Shown here piece by piece: positions 41,155 to 55,097 of a stretch of 64,000 nucleotides of DNA. Source of the stretch: Phoronis australis (Eukaryota; Animalia; Phoronida); NCBI GenBank assembly GCA_002633005.1, contig NMRA01000368.1, positions 172,166 through 236,165 of the forward strand, read 5' to 3'. The notes beneath the pieces were generated by a model that was not told the origin of the DNA, searched no databases, and saw nothing but the letters and a program-made list of their open reading frames with translations. How positions within the stretch are numbered: position 1 is the stretch's first letter; the number at the start of each line of letters is the position of its first letter. The translations under genes and the position numbers were made by a program.

Positions 41155-41742
41155 ATGCATGATTAATTTATTAATGTTAGAAAATTAGCAGTTTGTCAGT
41201 TTGAACTAAAATCTGTCAAAGCCTGGCGACAAATATTTTTATCGTAGTATCAAAAACATCGGCTTTCCCCATAAAGCAATTTATGCTACTCAACTGCCAT
41301 TACTAATATTAGTAGTACGTTATGTTTATAATCTCAGTTTTTGTGCACTGTATGACATTAGGTTTTAATATATAAGTATATTTATGTGACATGATTCACG
41401 AGAGTTTTGTTTGTGTCAGATCGGGTTTCTTCTTCAACTTCATTAGTAGTAAGGCTATTTAGTGGCACATATTTCCAACTTATATTTTGCTATTTATGGA
41501 GAATTCCAGTTTTCAACTGGACCCGCCACTTTATTTCAAGTAAGTGAAGCAGAATCCTGACATTGATTAGTTTTTGTAAAAGCCGTGGGATCAGGGTAAT
41601 AGAACTTTTGAGGTGTTGCTTGTACTCAGTTTTGGCATAATCAGTGTTTGGAGTGCAGATATTATTTTAACCGTTGTTACCATAGCAACTGTGAGTGAGC
41701 ACAAGGCTTTTAGATGACTATATTTTTGTACTTTTTGTATAT
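41155..41742 (+). repeat. Duplicated copy of the distal multiplexin 3'UTR (source 35016-35606)
   Basis: Collinear high-identity match from atgcatgattaattt to tttttgtatat. Confidence 0.95.
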
Positions 41743-44700
41743 TAGTCTAGACGCATTTCCTGAAAAGAGCCCTGTATAAGGTTCTAGAAGCATTTTTTTA
41801 GTAAAAGTTGGGAATAAGACTTTTCACACAATAAAGGCATGGCGAATTCAACTAACCCTGTTCCCAAGCCGAATTTTGCATTTTTGACCTTCTAATTAGC
41901 ATAAACAAAATGGCGGCCAAATTGTCAAGTTCAGATGTATTTTTGTAATAGAAATCACAATATACCATTTAAAATGGTGAAATGTCTCACCTGTACACCT
42001 CATATAAATACGTCTTGAGCAATAGATCACTTATGAAAACTAAAAAATGCAACTCTAAAAGCTAATTATGCAAATTAGGTGCCGCCATTACCATACAATG
42101 TATATACTTATATTTTCATGGTCAACAAACATGCTAAAGATATTTTGGAGCATTTTATTTTATATTTATTGGGTTATAGATGTATACTAACAGGATGTGG
42201 AAAAATAGTCGTTAATCTGCAATGCTCGTGTCACTATTTTGACGGAATATAAGGACAACTGTTCACACTATCCCGTTATCTTCCATTCCTAAAAGCAACT
42301 TAGTTATTGTTATTGAAGACATTAGATTCTCTGTTGCATGAATTGTTTTCAGGCCTGTTGAACACAGTTTCAGCGTTCACTTTTTTGTACTTTTTAATAT
42401 GTCTGAAGCCAGACAAATCAAACAGTTTGCATACAAGGAATCTTGAATGTGTTGCTGGCATGTGCACAATGATATTCATCGAAATCCAGATTTCTTGCAT
42501 CTGCATTGTCTACTGTTGAGTTGTTTCTGGCATGCACACAATACCATCTCTAGGCAGCTGTCTGGGATTTTACTCTGTGTCATCAGCATGGGCTGCAAGC
42601 ATAAGTTTGTATGTGTCCCTCCCATATCAGAGGGTGCTGGGAGCTCAGTTACGGAACAATGATCCTTTTTGGGATACCTTGACCTGATAGTGCACTCTCG
42701 TCAGATGTAAACGGCGGGCATTATGCGTTGGGGGAAGGATTTCTGGGTTCACGGGCTTGGAGAATAGTAAATGGCGTGCTACATCTACAGGTCTTTACTG
42801 GTCGTGTTGTATATTCTGCATACAAATACTTCTGAAGCCTTCGTAATTTTCTTAATGAGTTCACCAATGCAGAGGTTCTTAAGCAATCTGTGATGCTCTA
42901 GGAATACCTTCCATGATGATTGTTTCATGTGATTGGCAAAGTACAAGTTTGGGCCAAACCTGGTCACCGCATGAAAAGCAAACAAGGATGTTGCTAAGTC
43001 TCGTAGTAGTTTGTTGAAAAGTGCTTCAATAGGTATATATGACATCAGTCAGATATGTTCACATTGCATTTGTTGAAAACGCGATACCAGAAGCAGTAGA
43101 ACATCGGGTGTCCCTTGAAAACACGACCGACTGTGGACAGCATGCAGTACCAGTCTTGCATCTGCTTCTTCATGTGTGGATTTCAGAGTCCTCAAATCAG
43201 TCATATCCTTAGATGATTCAATCCCAGCTCATCTTTGAACCCTCCTGCAATCATAACCTCTTTATCTTCAGGTGTCTACAAGCACAGTTCCTCTGACAAG
43301 AAATGTGCTAGGTCTGCTTTACTCTCGGCCAGTGTCCTAAAATTTGTTCAGTTTTGAGGAAGAGGTACATCACAGCATTCCAAAAATCACCTGATTTGCC
43401 GTTTTCCTTTACTCCGTTGTTTTCTTGTTGTGTCCTTCATTGTTTGTTGTCTGTATCTGTCAATCCAATATCAATTTTATGATATCGAAATCATGTTTTC
43501 ATGAATGAATCAGCCAGGTTTTCGAAGGTCACATCGCCATAAGGCTTCCCAAGAGCTACCAGCAACGCTTCGCTATCAATAATGAGGCAAGCGGACGTGT
43601 CATGAAGCTGAATTGTTTCAGGACAGTCGATGTGATAGCTATTAATACTTCGACAAGTGAAGATTTATATCCAGTGCGCAATGTGCCACTCGTTTCTGAA
43701 AGACAACATGGACTGGAAGAAGCTCGCGTTTGAGCACAGACGGCAAATCAACTGGCCAACCCGGCCCATGAGCCGTAGCTAGACAGCGAAGTACATCCCT
43801 GTCTGCCTTAAGAACTATTTTCTTATCTTTATCTTTGTCTTTGGTTTGTTTCATCACATCATATAAGTTGCCAAATGTCCGGGCATTATTTTTGCGCATA
43901 GGTGCATGAATCGACATGTCTGAATTATCGCATTGCTCAATGATAATCTGTCTTGAACAAATTTCTTAATTTGTTCGTGTCCAAGTTCCTTGGTATGCAA
44001 AAGTGACTCTTGGATTGGTGCTGTTGTTAGGTCTTTTGTTGCAAGGGTTTGTAGCAGCTAAGGTCTTGCGGACGAGAAGACCTTCAATCCATGAAAAGTG
44101 TAAAGAAGGGAACTCTCGACATTACTTTCGCACAGTTTCCTACCTTTCGTGGCTTCGTTGTGAAACTATATACTCCCACAGCGGTAAGTTTGTTCAGCTA
44201 TATGATATCTCAGATGCAATGAAAGTGTCCACCTCCATAGAGCTGACGTGGTTTTAGTATTACCGATGATGTCACCTCCGTTTTGCCTGCCCCATTTACC
44301 CATTGGTCAGAATCTACCTGATGGAGCATATGAGGAGAAAGCTTGACTACAAAATTTCCTGCTTGAACCTCTAACCAAACAGACCATGGCAGCTGATGAA
44401 TCTCGACTAAACAGAACGCACCCCACTCAGGCATAATTCGGTGGGCCAGCATGAGAGTAAATGGATAGAGATGCAGTTCCCAAATGCCATCCCTTTGAGA
44501 GCAATATTGGAACCATGTCCATGTAACTCCACCAGAAGCTGAAATTCACATCATCAGACCTACTGTTGACAAAATGCCCAGGAGTTTTCTGAACTTATCC
44601 TGACTAAGAAATGTTATCAACTCAGGAATTTTCTGTGGATCATCATCTGGAAATACAAGCATGACAGTCGCTTCTGCAATAAACGAGAGAAGGCTTGGCA

Positions 44701-45624
44701 CCAGGAGATGCCACAGACCTTGCAACGACAGTTTGTGTGCCCTCATACTGTAGCTCTGCTGTACGACTTTCCATTGAGGACCAGTTCCATAGGTCTTGAC
44801 CAAGTACTCCACTCTCTATACACACCTCAGCTACTCCGGAATCACCCATGTGATCTTCTATGGCCTTGATGAAGTTTACTGATACGTGAAGAACCACTAA
44901 ACGAGGTTCTGTATTAACATATTTTGGTATTCTGGGACCGACCACGTACATGTAAGCTCCATTGATCTGCAACAGAGAGCTTGGTTGAGTGTGAGGACGG
45001 TACGATCCTGTCCAAAATGGGACGATATGGCCATACATCTCTTTATAGTATGTAAAAGTCAGGTTGTTATGTTTACAATACATTTATGTCTTATCTAAAT
45101 AGTGAGATGTTCGCAAAAAAATTTCAGGCTTTATTAATGAGCATTTGTAACTTAGTGAAGATGAAATAAAAAGCTTCACATGTGTCATAATGATTTTTCT
45201 AGACCATCAACACATAGGTATAGACAACTTATTTGTCATGTTTGCCTACGAATTGATGACGTTACACCGAAATTTGAATTTTTCGGTAAAAGCGGAAGCT
45301 AATTAGCACAATTGGGGAATTTAATGACGTTCATTAATATGTTCTCAAAATAAAGTGATTTAAAAACACTTATATTATGTTTTTGTAGCAAAAATTTCCT
45401 AATTATTCGTCACATATTGTACTCCTGGTCCCACGAATATTTCTTATCTTGTTGGTTTGGCGGCCATTTTGTTTATGCAAATTAGATGGTCAAAAACTCA
45501 AAATCCAGCCTGGGAACAGGCATAGTCGAAATCAGCACACCATAATTATGTTAAAAAGATAGGTTCTCTACTTTTACTAAAAATGGCTCTAACATGCACA
45601 TTTTCCAGAAATGCGTCTAGACTA
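41743..45624 (-). mobile_element. Academ-superfamily (XPG-type) DNA transposon, decayed
   Basis: 5'-TAG...CTA-3' termini; ~180-bp imperfect TIRs (tagtctagacgcattt / aaatgcgtctagacta); internal minus-strand relic transposase-XPG-Cys ORF. Confidence 0.8.
42420..45080 (-). pseudogene. Academ transposase/XPG nuclease/Cys-finger pseudogene
   Basis: Fragments KIVLKADRDVLRCL..VDLPSVLKRELLP, LKSTHEEADARLVLHA, DVLLLL, SLFAFHAVT and C-terminal CLEMVLCACQK..CRCKK..CTC; many frameshifts. Confidence 0.75.
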
Positions 45625-45789
45625 ATCGACGTAGTATGATTATGAAATGTGTAAAAAACGAAGATGCATCTATTGCCGCAGATCGTGGATCGTGGGCGTT
45701 GTAGGTCGTGGGCGTTGTGGGTCGAGGGGGTTGCGGGGTGCAGGAGTATAAGAGGTTTTAGAACAATCCGAAAAAACGAGTGTAGACTG

Positions 45790-46060
45790 AGAGTGAATTA
45801 GTTAGTTGCCAACTAACAAGCAATAGCTGCCCCACGTGGTGGAAAAAAAGGATGAGTGCTTGCTGGGAATTGGTTGAGTGCCGACTAACAAACAATAGCT
45901 ACCCACCTGGTAGAAAAAGGATGAGTACTATATAACTGGCAGTGATTTGCTTGGTTGCCAACTAACAACCAATAGTTGCTCTTCCTGCTTCTGAAGTTCA
46001 AACAATTTAAGGTGAGTTAGTTGACTGCCAACTAACGGTCAATAGTTTTTTCACCTGATG
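45790..46060 (+). repeat. Diverged ~70-bp tandem repeat (~4 copies)
   Basis: tgccaactaaca..caatagctg core recurs at ~45807, 45880, 45956 and 46026; preceded by a degenerate gtcgtgggcgtt repeat. Confidence 0.7.
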
Positions 46061-47485
46061 AGAAATGGTTGTTTCAGGCTCAGGACATTTCAATTTGTAA
46101 TTAACTTAAAATTAGTGTTCATCCTCTAAATCCATCCTAATTACCATACATACACTGGGATTGACAGTCCATAGTAAGAGCTTAATGCTCAGACTAAACA
46201 TATTTCCAAAATATTAAATCTGTTGCTGCTCGAAGAAATACAGCACTGGTTTCTTAAAAAATGCATAGTTATTACATATTTACCAACTGGACCATCAATC
46301 AAAATTCCTATATTTCAAACTGTTGACATTTATTTGACGATACTTGCCTAGAAAACAGCCAATGGTGTGTCACTACCCCTCCTCATTTGAATCATTATCT
46401 AGCAGCAATACCACACTTGAGACCTTTGATTCCACAACTCAAAAGTAACAAGGTGCTGACTCCAAGCTTCATTGTTTTAAAATTAGCAGAAATAAATACC
46501 TCAAACGTTGTCAGACAATTGACTGTGGGTTTGTTTAAAAGGGAGCTATTCTTTGAGAGTGTGCGAAGATGGAGAGTGAATAATCAAATCCAGTAATTAA
46601 TGTAATATATGACAACCCCTAATTAGACAAATGAAACCTATTGTTAATTAAGTAATCAACTACAAAGAGTAACTACGCTAGCGTCATCTTTAAAGATTAC
46701 TTTAATCAAGCAAACAAAACAATCAAATGTCTTATCTGCTATCCAAGCTAGGACTCTCCACTTGTTGGATGTCTGTCCTGTTGGTGAATCTTCAAACTAC
46801 ACACACTGTATAGCGACAGTGTACTTGCTGGTCACCGTCTCTGGTAATGCAACACTTGCAGGCAGTTTGTTCTACCCGCGATTGTTCTTGCTGGTCAGAG
46901 TCTCTGGCTGATGACGCAACACTTCAGGTAGTATCGTACTACCCACGATGCAAGTGACAAGCTCTTAGTTAACTTCCTGTTCGTTAACCCTTGCCCTTGC
47001 CAAGATTATTTCTAGAATCTTCCACGAGATGGCTCTGCTGTATAACTTCCTCTGTACACTGTAGCAAGTCTTTATGCTTCAACTACTATAGCTCATCTAA
47101 TTATCTTGTTGATTTCATTCCATAATATAATATTTTATTTATTTAGTGATTGGCTAATAAAAACCACATGATCATATCCACTCGTATTATTGGCTGTTAC
47201 AATTTGTTTTCAGAATATTCTAGAATCTCTAGAGTACTTTGACTCCAGAACCCAAAGTTGTAAACAACATCTAAAAATAGATTTTGACGTTAACATACAT
47301 GTCAACAAGTCTGACCCCATGATTTAAAAGTACATATGTACAATTTTTGGGCAACTAAAAATGGATCTATTCTTACTATTTACTTAATCAATATTTATTC
47401 TGACAAATAAGCCCCTCCTCAAGAAAATACTTCTTAAGATTTTCTCAACATGGAAGACTTAAATATGGAATAAAACTTAGATCTA

Positions 47486-50400
47486 TTACCCAATTTCCAT
47501 GAGTCTCCAATACTCTAACCTACTCAGGTAATCCGCACCAGCATTTTCTGAGCCTTTGATAGCTTCAACCTTAAATCGATAGCTTTGCAAAAACAAGGCC
47601 CACCTCATGATGCGTCCATTGACTAATTTACTTTTTTGAATGTAAGCCAGGGGTTGATGGTCAGTATGAATGATAAATTCTTTACCATACAAGTACATGT
47701 ACTTCGCAAATTTTCTGATGGCAAATACAATAGCCAAACATTCCCTCTCTATGACAGAGTAATTCCGTTCCCGAGGTAACACTTTCTTAATAGCACATGC
47801 TACTGGGAACCTGCCATCATCATACTCCTGCAACAAAATACAGTCTATACCAGTATCTGACGCAGCAGTCTGAACAATAAAAGGTTTACTGAAATCAGGT
47901 AATCTCAGTATGAGTGCTCTCGTCAGCAGGTCTCGAAGAGTGTCGAATGCATGCTGCTGAGCTTCTTCCCATTGCACGGTGTCAGGTTGTTTCTTCTTCG
48001 TGAGCACAGTAAGCGGGACGGCGACTTCAGCAAAGTTTGGGATGAACTCCCTGTAGTATCCAGCCAACCCAAAAAAAGAACAAACTTTTTTCTTCTTTAT
48101 GGGTCGTGGTGCATCTCGGATGCTTCCTAACTTTTCTTCATCCATTGGCAGGTGCCCTTCATGTACCACGAAATCGACGGAACGAGATCCAACCGAACAC
48201 TTGGTGGGTCGAATCGTTAGTCCAGCCTCTCGCACACGTTGGAAGGTGTCTCACAAGGTGGCAAGGTGTTCAGTCCAGGTCTTATTATGGCACAGAATGT
48301 CATCCACATAATGTTCTGTATTATGTGCTCCTGTCAACATCTTTTTCATCATGCGGTTGAAGGTCGCTGCCGAATTTACCAGACCAAATGGCATCTTTAC
48401 GAACCTGTAGCAACCACTTGGTACTACAAGCGAGGTCTTGGGTAGTGATTCTTCGGCGACAATGACTTGCCAGTATCCTTTACATTGATCAATCTTCGTA
48501 AAATACTGGTCTTTACTGATCTCAGCCATGATGTCATCAGGACTGCGCATCGGTTCCGAGTCAAACTTGGTGATGGCGTTCAAACGACGAAAACCGATGC
48601 AGAATCGATTTGAACCGTCCTTCTTCTTCACTAAGACCACCAGGGAGTTGTAAGGTGTATCGGATGGTTCTATGACTCCACACCTTAACATGTTGTCAAC
48701 TTCCTCCTGCACAACCGACCGTGTGGCATATGGCAGGGGATACGGCTTGACTCGCACCAGCTCTTCACTGATGGTCTCAATCTTGTGCTCAACCAGATGT
48801 GTCGTATCTGGTACTTCACTAAAGATGTCAGAGTACTCTTCTAGCAGACTTATCACTTCCCTTTGTTGGCTAGTAGTGAGCTCGTTCGATATCTTGACAT
48901 CTGTGTACGTTTCTTTTTGGTTTGTCGATCCCATCTCTAGTACATGTAGATGTTCATCATCGACAACACCGACTACATTGTCCATTTCAGGCTGCAGTAC
49001 AGCTATGGCCACGATGTCAGAATTCTGATCTGCATCATCTTTACTTGCAGCTCCACTTTGGTCACGAGATATGTAGAGTTTCAACAGGTTGGCATGGTAT
49101 GTCTTGGTCTTTCCACCAATCCTTAGTCGGTAGTCCATTTTGTTGAGTACCTCGGTCACTTCATAGGGACCCCTCCACTGCAGTAACAGCTTGTTAATGT
49201 CGGTTGGTAACAATATTAAGACTTGGTCTCCAACTTTGAAGCGACGATCTCGTACCTTTTTGTCATAATGGTGCTTGTATGCTTCACCAGCATTTCGTAA
49301 GTTTTCCCGCACCAGTTCACATGTCTCCTCCAGACGATGTCGCAAGTCGAGGACATACTCACAAGTATTCCGTACGTCTGGTGTTTCATTGCCAGACCAC
49401 AACTCTTTAAGCACCTGCGTTGGCCCTCGCACGGAAAAACCTGTGCTCACTTGTGGTACCTCTCGGTAAGCGAACAGTACTGCTGGTAAGTACCGGTCCC
49501 AGTCTTGTGGACGCTCTTGGCACATTTTCTTAAGCATACTCTTCAGTACACCGTTAATACGCTCACACAATGCATTTCGGATTGTGTCCCAGAGTCACTA
49601 AGCACCTCTCCTGGAAAGCCACTTCTACAGAAGGTTTCAAATAGTGCTTCTGCGACTCGCTGAGCTTCTTTTCTGGGTAGAGGGACTGCCTCTGGGTATC
49701 TTGTGGCATAGTCTACGATGGTGAGAATGTACCGGTTGCCTCTGTCTGTGATTGGCGACACAGGACCAATCAAATCAACAGCGATACGCTGGAACGGTTC
49801 TTCCATAAGTGGCATATCGCGCAATGGTACTTTAGAGATCCTGCCCTTAGGAGTTGTTCGATGGCAGATGTCACATGATCTGCAGAAACGATTTATGTCA
49901 CTGCCAACTCCTGGTCCATAAAAGCTACTGGCTATTCTATCACTGGTCTTCTTCACACCAAGGTGCCCACTAACAATTGACTCGTGAGCTAGCGTTATAA
50001 CCTGTTCTCGATATTTGACAGGGACAACTATCTGACGCAATTCTTTGGTGTTATCAGTATACACTCGGTACAGGACCCCCTTCTGCTTCTCATACCAGAA
50101 TTGACCTCTACCACGTGTTCTTGCAGGTGTATCTTTCTCAACAAGTTCCATGAGCTTACGCAGGGAAGGATCATGTTGTTGCTCGTCCTCCAATTTGCTG
50201 ACGTCGAGACTTTCCACTCCGGATGGAGTCACTGCCAAAGGCTTAATAGGTTTCTCTCTCTTCTTAGCCTGTGCTCTAGTAGTGACTGCGGACATGACAC
50301 TGCCTTGTGGCTGCCAATTGGGATCAGGATCCTTGCTGACGCCAACAGCATTCCCCATGATGAGGTCGTATATTGGTGTTCGCATACACATCGCCTCGAT

Positions 50401-50745
50401 TTCACCAAAGAAGTATGGACTGTCTACCTCAATATTCGCTATGGGGAAGGATCGTGCTGTCCCGTCTACTAACACACAGGTGTGTTGTTTCCCCGTCAGT
50501 TGACTTTCTTTGACTAGGGACGTCTTCACCGCTGCACTACTGCATCCGGTGTCACGCGTCATGCGTACTTTTGTTTCGTTGACGTAACTGTCACAAACGG
50601 GCATGTTGTGGTCAACAGGAGGATTTCTGTGCTTGTCACAGGTCCCTGTCTCTACGGGTTTTGATGTCCCATCGACTAATTTCACACAGCCATCAAATAT
50701 ATGCTGTTCTATTGGACTACCCTTTGCTACCACAGCTTGACACAT
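47486..50745 (-). pseudogene. pol: Pol (protease, integrase, RT, RNase H) with a frameshifting deletion in the integrase and a nonsense codon in RT
   Basis: PR RDTGCS; IN H..H..CRSCDIC, AVDLIGP, SDSG, CERING, WRGPYEV; RT MPFGLVNS, HYVDDIL; RH VQTAASD, IERECLAI, TDHQPL, ADYLSR. Confidence 0.92.
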
Positions 50746-50982
50746 TACCTACTTCTTGGTGTTTTCTGCCTTGGCCCGTTCCCGCTGCGACCCAGACGAC
50801 TGCTTACCTGCTGCGAATCTTTTGGACTGGAAGTCTTTCATTCCGCAGTCCCTTGCTAGACGACTTTTCCGATGACAAGTGAAACACTCTTTGTCACCTT
50901 TGTTTCTGGTCATTGACGAACGAGGAGTCTCTGTCCTCCGTTCTTCTGTGTTGCTTGGCGGTGCCTGTCTTCTAGCTACCTG

Positions 50983-51801
50983 TCACAAGTCTTTCTTTGC
51001 AAACCCTTTGCCCAACAAACCAGTACAGTGGGCTTCCATGTACTGTTGAGCAATGGCCGATATCTCGTCGAAGGTTTTCGGTTTCCGTTCCCTTAGGAAT
51101 ACGGACATCTCAGGATGGCATACTCCCAAAAACTGCTCTCGGATCAGTAAGTCTCTGAGTCCATCATAAGTTGCCTCGACCTCCGCCAGTTGTGTCCATC
51201 GGTCAAAGAACATTTTCAGTCTTGCCCCGAATTGGAACACATTTTCACCCTTTTCAGGCTTGGACTCTCTAAACTTTCGTCGGAGCCCATCTTCGGTTAA
51301 TTCATACCTGTGCAGCAGCGCCACCTTTAGTTGGTCATAGTTGTTAATTTGGTCGGACGGCATAATGTTCAACACCTGTAGGCCTTTACCTGTCAACAAT
51401 GGACTCAAGTCTACAGCCCACTCCGATTTATCCCATTTCTGGCTTGTGGTGAATGTCTCAAATCTGGCTAGGAAGGCATCCATGTCATCCACGCGCTCGT
51501 CGAACCTTGGCAATTTGGGACGACTGGTACGTACACCACTGCTTGTAGCCCCACCACTAGGTGTCGCTTTGAGCTCAATCTGGAGTTGCAGTGTCTTCTG
51601 CTTCTCAATCTCAATAGCTTGGGCCCGCTCGGCTCGTTCTTGCACAAGCTTGTGTACGTATTCAGTTTGCTCTAGCTCTCGTTTATGGGCGCGCTCTTCA
51701 CACTCCAAGGCCTGCAGCAAGAGCTCCTCTGCGCACTTCCTTAACTCTTCACCAGTATAACCAAACTGTTTCGCTTGCGCAATATACTTTTCAAAATCCA
51801 T
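50983..51801 (-). pseudogene. gag: Gag with SCAN-like capsid C-terminal domain (degenerate zinc knuckle CFTCHRKSRLARDC follows the stop in the same frame)
   Basis: KLPRFDE..DMDAFLARFE..W; LRRKFRESKP..LLIREQFL..FLRERKPKT. Confidence 0.88.
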
Positions 51802-54800
51802 TACAGGGGAATGGTTTTATTCCCAGAATGCACTTTATTAATTAATATTCAAACGATAATTACTGGGTTCAATACAGTTCAAAACAACAACGTAAACCTT
51901 CATTTAAACTCTCCTGGACTGGCCCCCAAATGTCAGATAATTGACTGTGGGTTTGCTTAAAAGGTAGCTATTCTTTGAGATTGTGCGTAGATGGAGAGTG
52001 AATAATCAAATCCAGTAATTAATGTATTATAGGACAATCCCTAATTAGACAAATGAAACCTATTGTTAATTAAGTAATCAACTACAAAGAGTAAATACGT
52101 TAGCGCCCTCTTTAAATATTACTTTAATCAAACAACCAAAACAATCCAATGTCTTATCCGCTATCCAAGCTAGGACACTCCACTTGTTGGATGTCAGTCC
52201 TGTTGGTGAATCTTCGAACTACACACACTGTATAGCGACAGTGTACTTGCTGGTCACCGTCTCTGGTGATGCAAAACTTGAAGGCAGTTTCTTCTACCCA
52301 CGATTCTTCTTGCTGGTCACAGTTTCTGATTGGTGACGCAACACTTTCGGTAGTATCGTACTACCCACGATGCAAGTGACAAGCTCTTAGTTAACTTCCT
52401 GTTCGTTAACCCTTGCCCTTGCCACGATCCTTTCTAGAATCTTCCACGAGATGGCTCTGTCGTACAATTTCCTCTGTACACTGTAGCAAGACTTTATGCT
52501 TCAACTACTGTAGCTCATCTAATTATCTTGATTTCAGCCCATAATATAACATTCGAATTATTTAGTGATTGGCTAATAAAAAACACATGATCATATCCAC
52601 TCGTATTATTGGCTGTTACAATTTGTTCTCAGAATATTCTAGAATCTCTAGAGTACTTTGACCCCAGAACCCAAAGTTGTAAACACCATCTAAAAATAGA
52701 TTTTGACGTTAAAATACATGTCAACAAGTCTGACCCCATGATTTAAAAGTACATATGCACAAATTTTGGGCAACTTAAAATGGATCTTTTCTTACTAATT
52801 ACTTAATCAATATATATTCTGACAACCGTTTTAGGAGTAGTAAAACGCACTCATTTCTCTCTTTACTACATTAAAAAGTTCATGATACTGTACGTACAAC
52901 ACAAAATTGCAATAGCTGCTCCTAGAGAGCCATCACTTCGTAGTCGCGTATTGTTTTTGTAATCTCAAAATAACCTTAAAACCTTATTCCTTAAAGATGC
53001 CTTGTTTTTAACTTATTCCTGTAGTTAGATACTTTTTGCTCTGTATTTTGGAAGTATTTGCTTGTTCTGGTAATTTTTGCTTCGCTTTTTCATTTTTAAC
53101 TTCGCGGTTAGCCACTGTTAAGATGTGGGAAAGGGCCACCTTTTCGACAGGTTACACGAGAACAGAAATTCTAAAACGAAAAGATAGGGAAAAAACGGAA
53201 AATCAAAAACTGTAAAAATACAGAGAAGAATATATTGCAGACTTATATTGCTGTTATGGAAAACAAATTACATAAAACGATACTATGAGTTTCCGTTTCC
53301 ACCAGCTTTAGAATTACTTGGAGAACTAACTCAACGGAGTTATTGCAAGCTGGCTGATTATCAGCTGATCTGAACAAAGGCAGTATGACGAGAAATTGTT
53401 CGTGATTTTTTTGGTAGTGTAAAGAATCCAGTAAATTCAAGGGTAAATTGAAACAGAATGCAAATACTGCCAAAATAGTACTGCAGAGATCCCTGATGAT
53501 AACTTTCAGTGGTAGCGACGTTCCGCATTCAGTGTCTAGCAAGGCGTCAACGCTTCACAGTTATTTCCACTTCTTTACTCTGGAATAAACGTTTTTGGAG
53601 TCAGTAAGTAAAGGGCTATCCAATAATGAAAAATGTTTTGAAATCGGGGTCAAAAATTTTTAGGCGTGAAAAGGTCTAAAAATGATGTTTTTTAACTTTG
53701 ATCTTGCCGTGCATGTGACCAATCGAACTCAAACTTTGTGGGCTTTAGTTTCTCAGCATTCTGCGTCGATCTGGAAAAGAATTTTTGAAATTGGGAGACA
53801 AAAAATTTTTGGCCCCCAAAAAACCCTGAACCATAGGCTTAGGTTTTTTTGGTCGAAAAACTTTTTGTCTTCGATTTTAAAGTTTCTGTTCTTATTTAAA
53901 AGGCCAATCTTCCAAATGGTCAGCCCCCAAGTTTCAGCGTGATCGGCCGCTAATTAGGTAATAGCGGCCCACCAAAGTGACCCACCCAAGGGTCCTTTTT
54001 GGGTCCAAAATTATTTTGTTTTGTTTTCGATTTCAAAAATTCTTTGTGCATCTGATAGCCCTTGTTTCCCCTCTCTAGAAATGTAAGTATCATACTTTTC
54101 TTGGCCTTAGTAAGGACCCAGAAGTGCCCCAAATTGACCTACCCCCTTCAAAATATCAGAAAAGTTGCGCCAAAATAAACTATAGTTTGGGAAGTCATAT
54201 CTTCATGACCAATAACCTGAAGACTACCAAACCGAGACATTTTCAAAGCAAGGTAAAGTGCAAGTTTTCAAATGCGTCTTATTTGTAGGCCCCTCTCTCC
54301 TTCGGGATCAAGGTTTAAGTTCAACTTCACAGACTCCCCCAATCCAACTTTGGTCCTCCGTTGTGACCTCATTAGGGCTCACCAGAAGAAGCAACTGCCG
54401 GGCTGCCCTCAGAGCACGATGTGTCATATTCATATGGAATGTAAGTTAAATCCTATCCAACTCCTACAACACTGTTACATGCATTACAAGCGAAGCACGT
54501 GATACTACCTCGCAACTCTTGCGAATAGGTATAGGATGTCTACGGTCCCGCGTCTTAAATGAACGCAGCTGTGCAAAATTGGCTACGTTATATCCCACAA
54601 ATCTCTACTTAGGCCCGCGATATACATACAATAAGGTCATTTCAGGAATTTCTAGTCAAGCACATTTATCTGTACTGGCCGGTCATATAAGCTAAGGTGC
54701 GTATTATCTTGAGCAGTCTTAAGTTTGTTAACAATTTGTGAATTGGAAGCAATTCAGTCTCCACTAATTGTTTATAGAAAATCTTTCATTGTTACTTTTA

Positions 54801-55097
54801 GAATGAAGTGTTTCTAATCCCATCACTGTGGACACCGATGTGTGTGCAACAAATTCTACCACCACAAATCAAGCAGTGACCAAAACAACGACCAGAGACT
54901 TGGGTCCCATGATGCACAAGACACCTCAATTGGCCTGTGAAAGCATTCCAGCATGCAACAATGCGTGACTACCAGATAGTCAAATGACTGGGGTGAACAA
55001 ATTATTAATGAAAAGTGAAAGAAATTAAGTTTGTTCTGCTTTTGAAAGACATGCCTTATGCGGGCACTATATTTATTTTCAACTATATATGAATCTG

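Larger units (their letters stand above)
46509..52824 (-). mobile_element. Full-length, mutated Gmr1-like Ty3/Gypsy LTR retrotransposon
   Basis: ~895-bp LTRs at 46509-47405 and 51931-52824 (TGTCAGA...TCTGACA); 5-bp TSD with one mismatch (AACGT/ACCGT); PBS TGGGGGCCAGTCCAGGAG resembling tRNA-Pro; PPT GAGGAGGGG; domain order Gag-PR-IN-RT-RH. Confidence 0.95.

Noticed and set aside
48099-51760. Plus-strand ORFs overlapping the Gypsy element
   Set aside because: Antisense shadows of gag-pol
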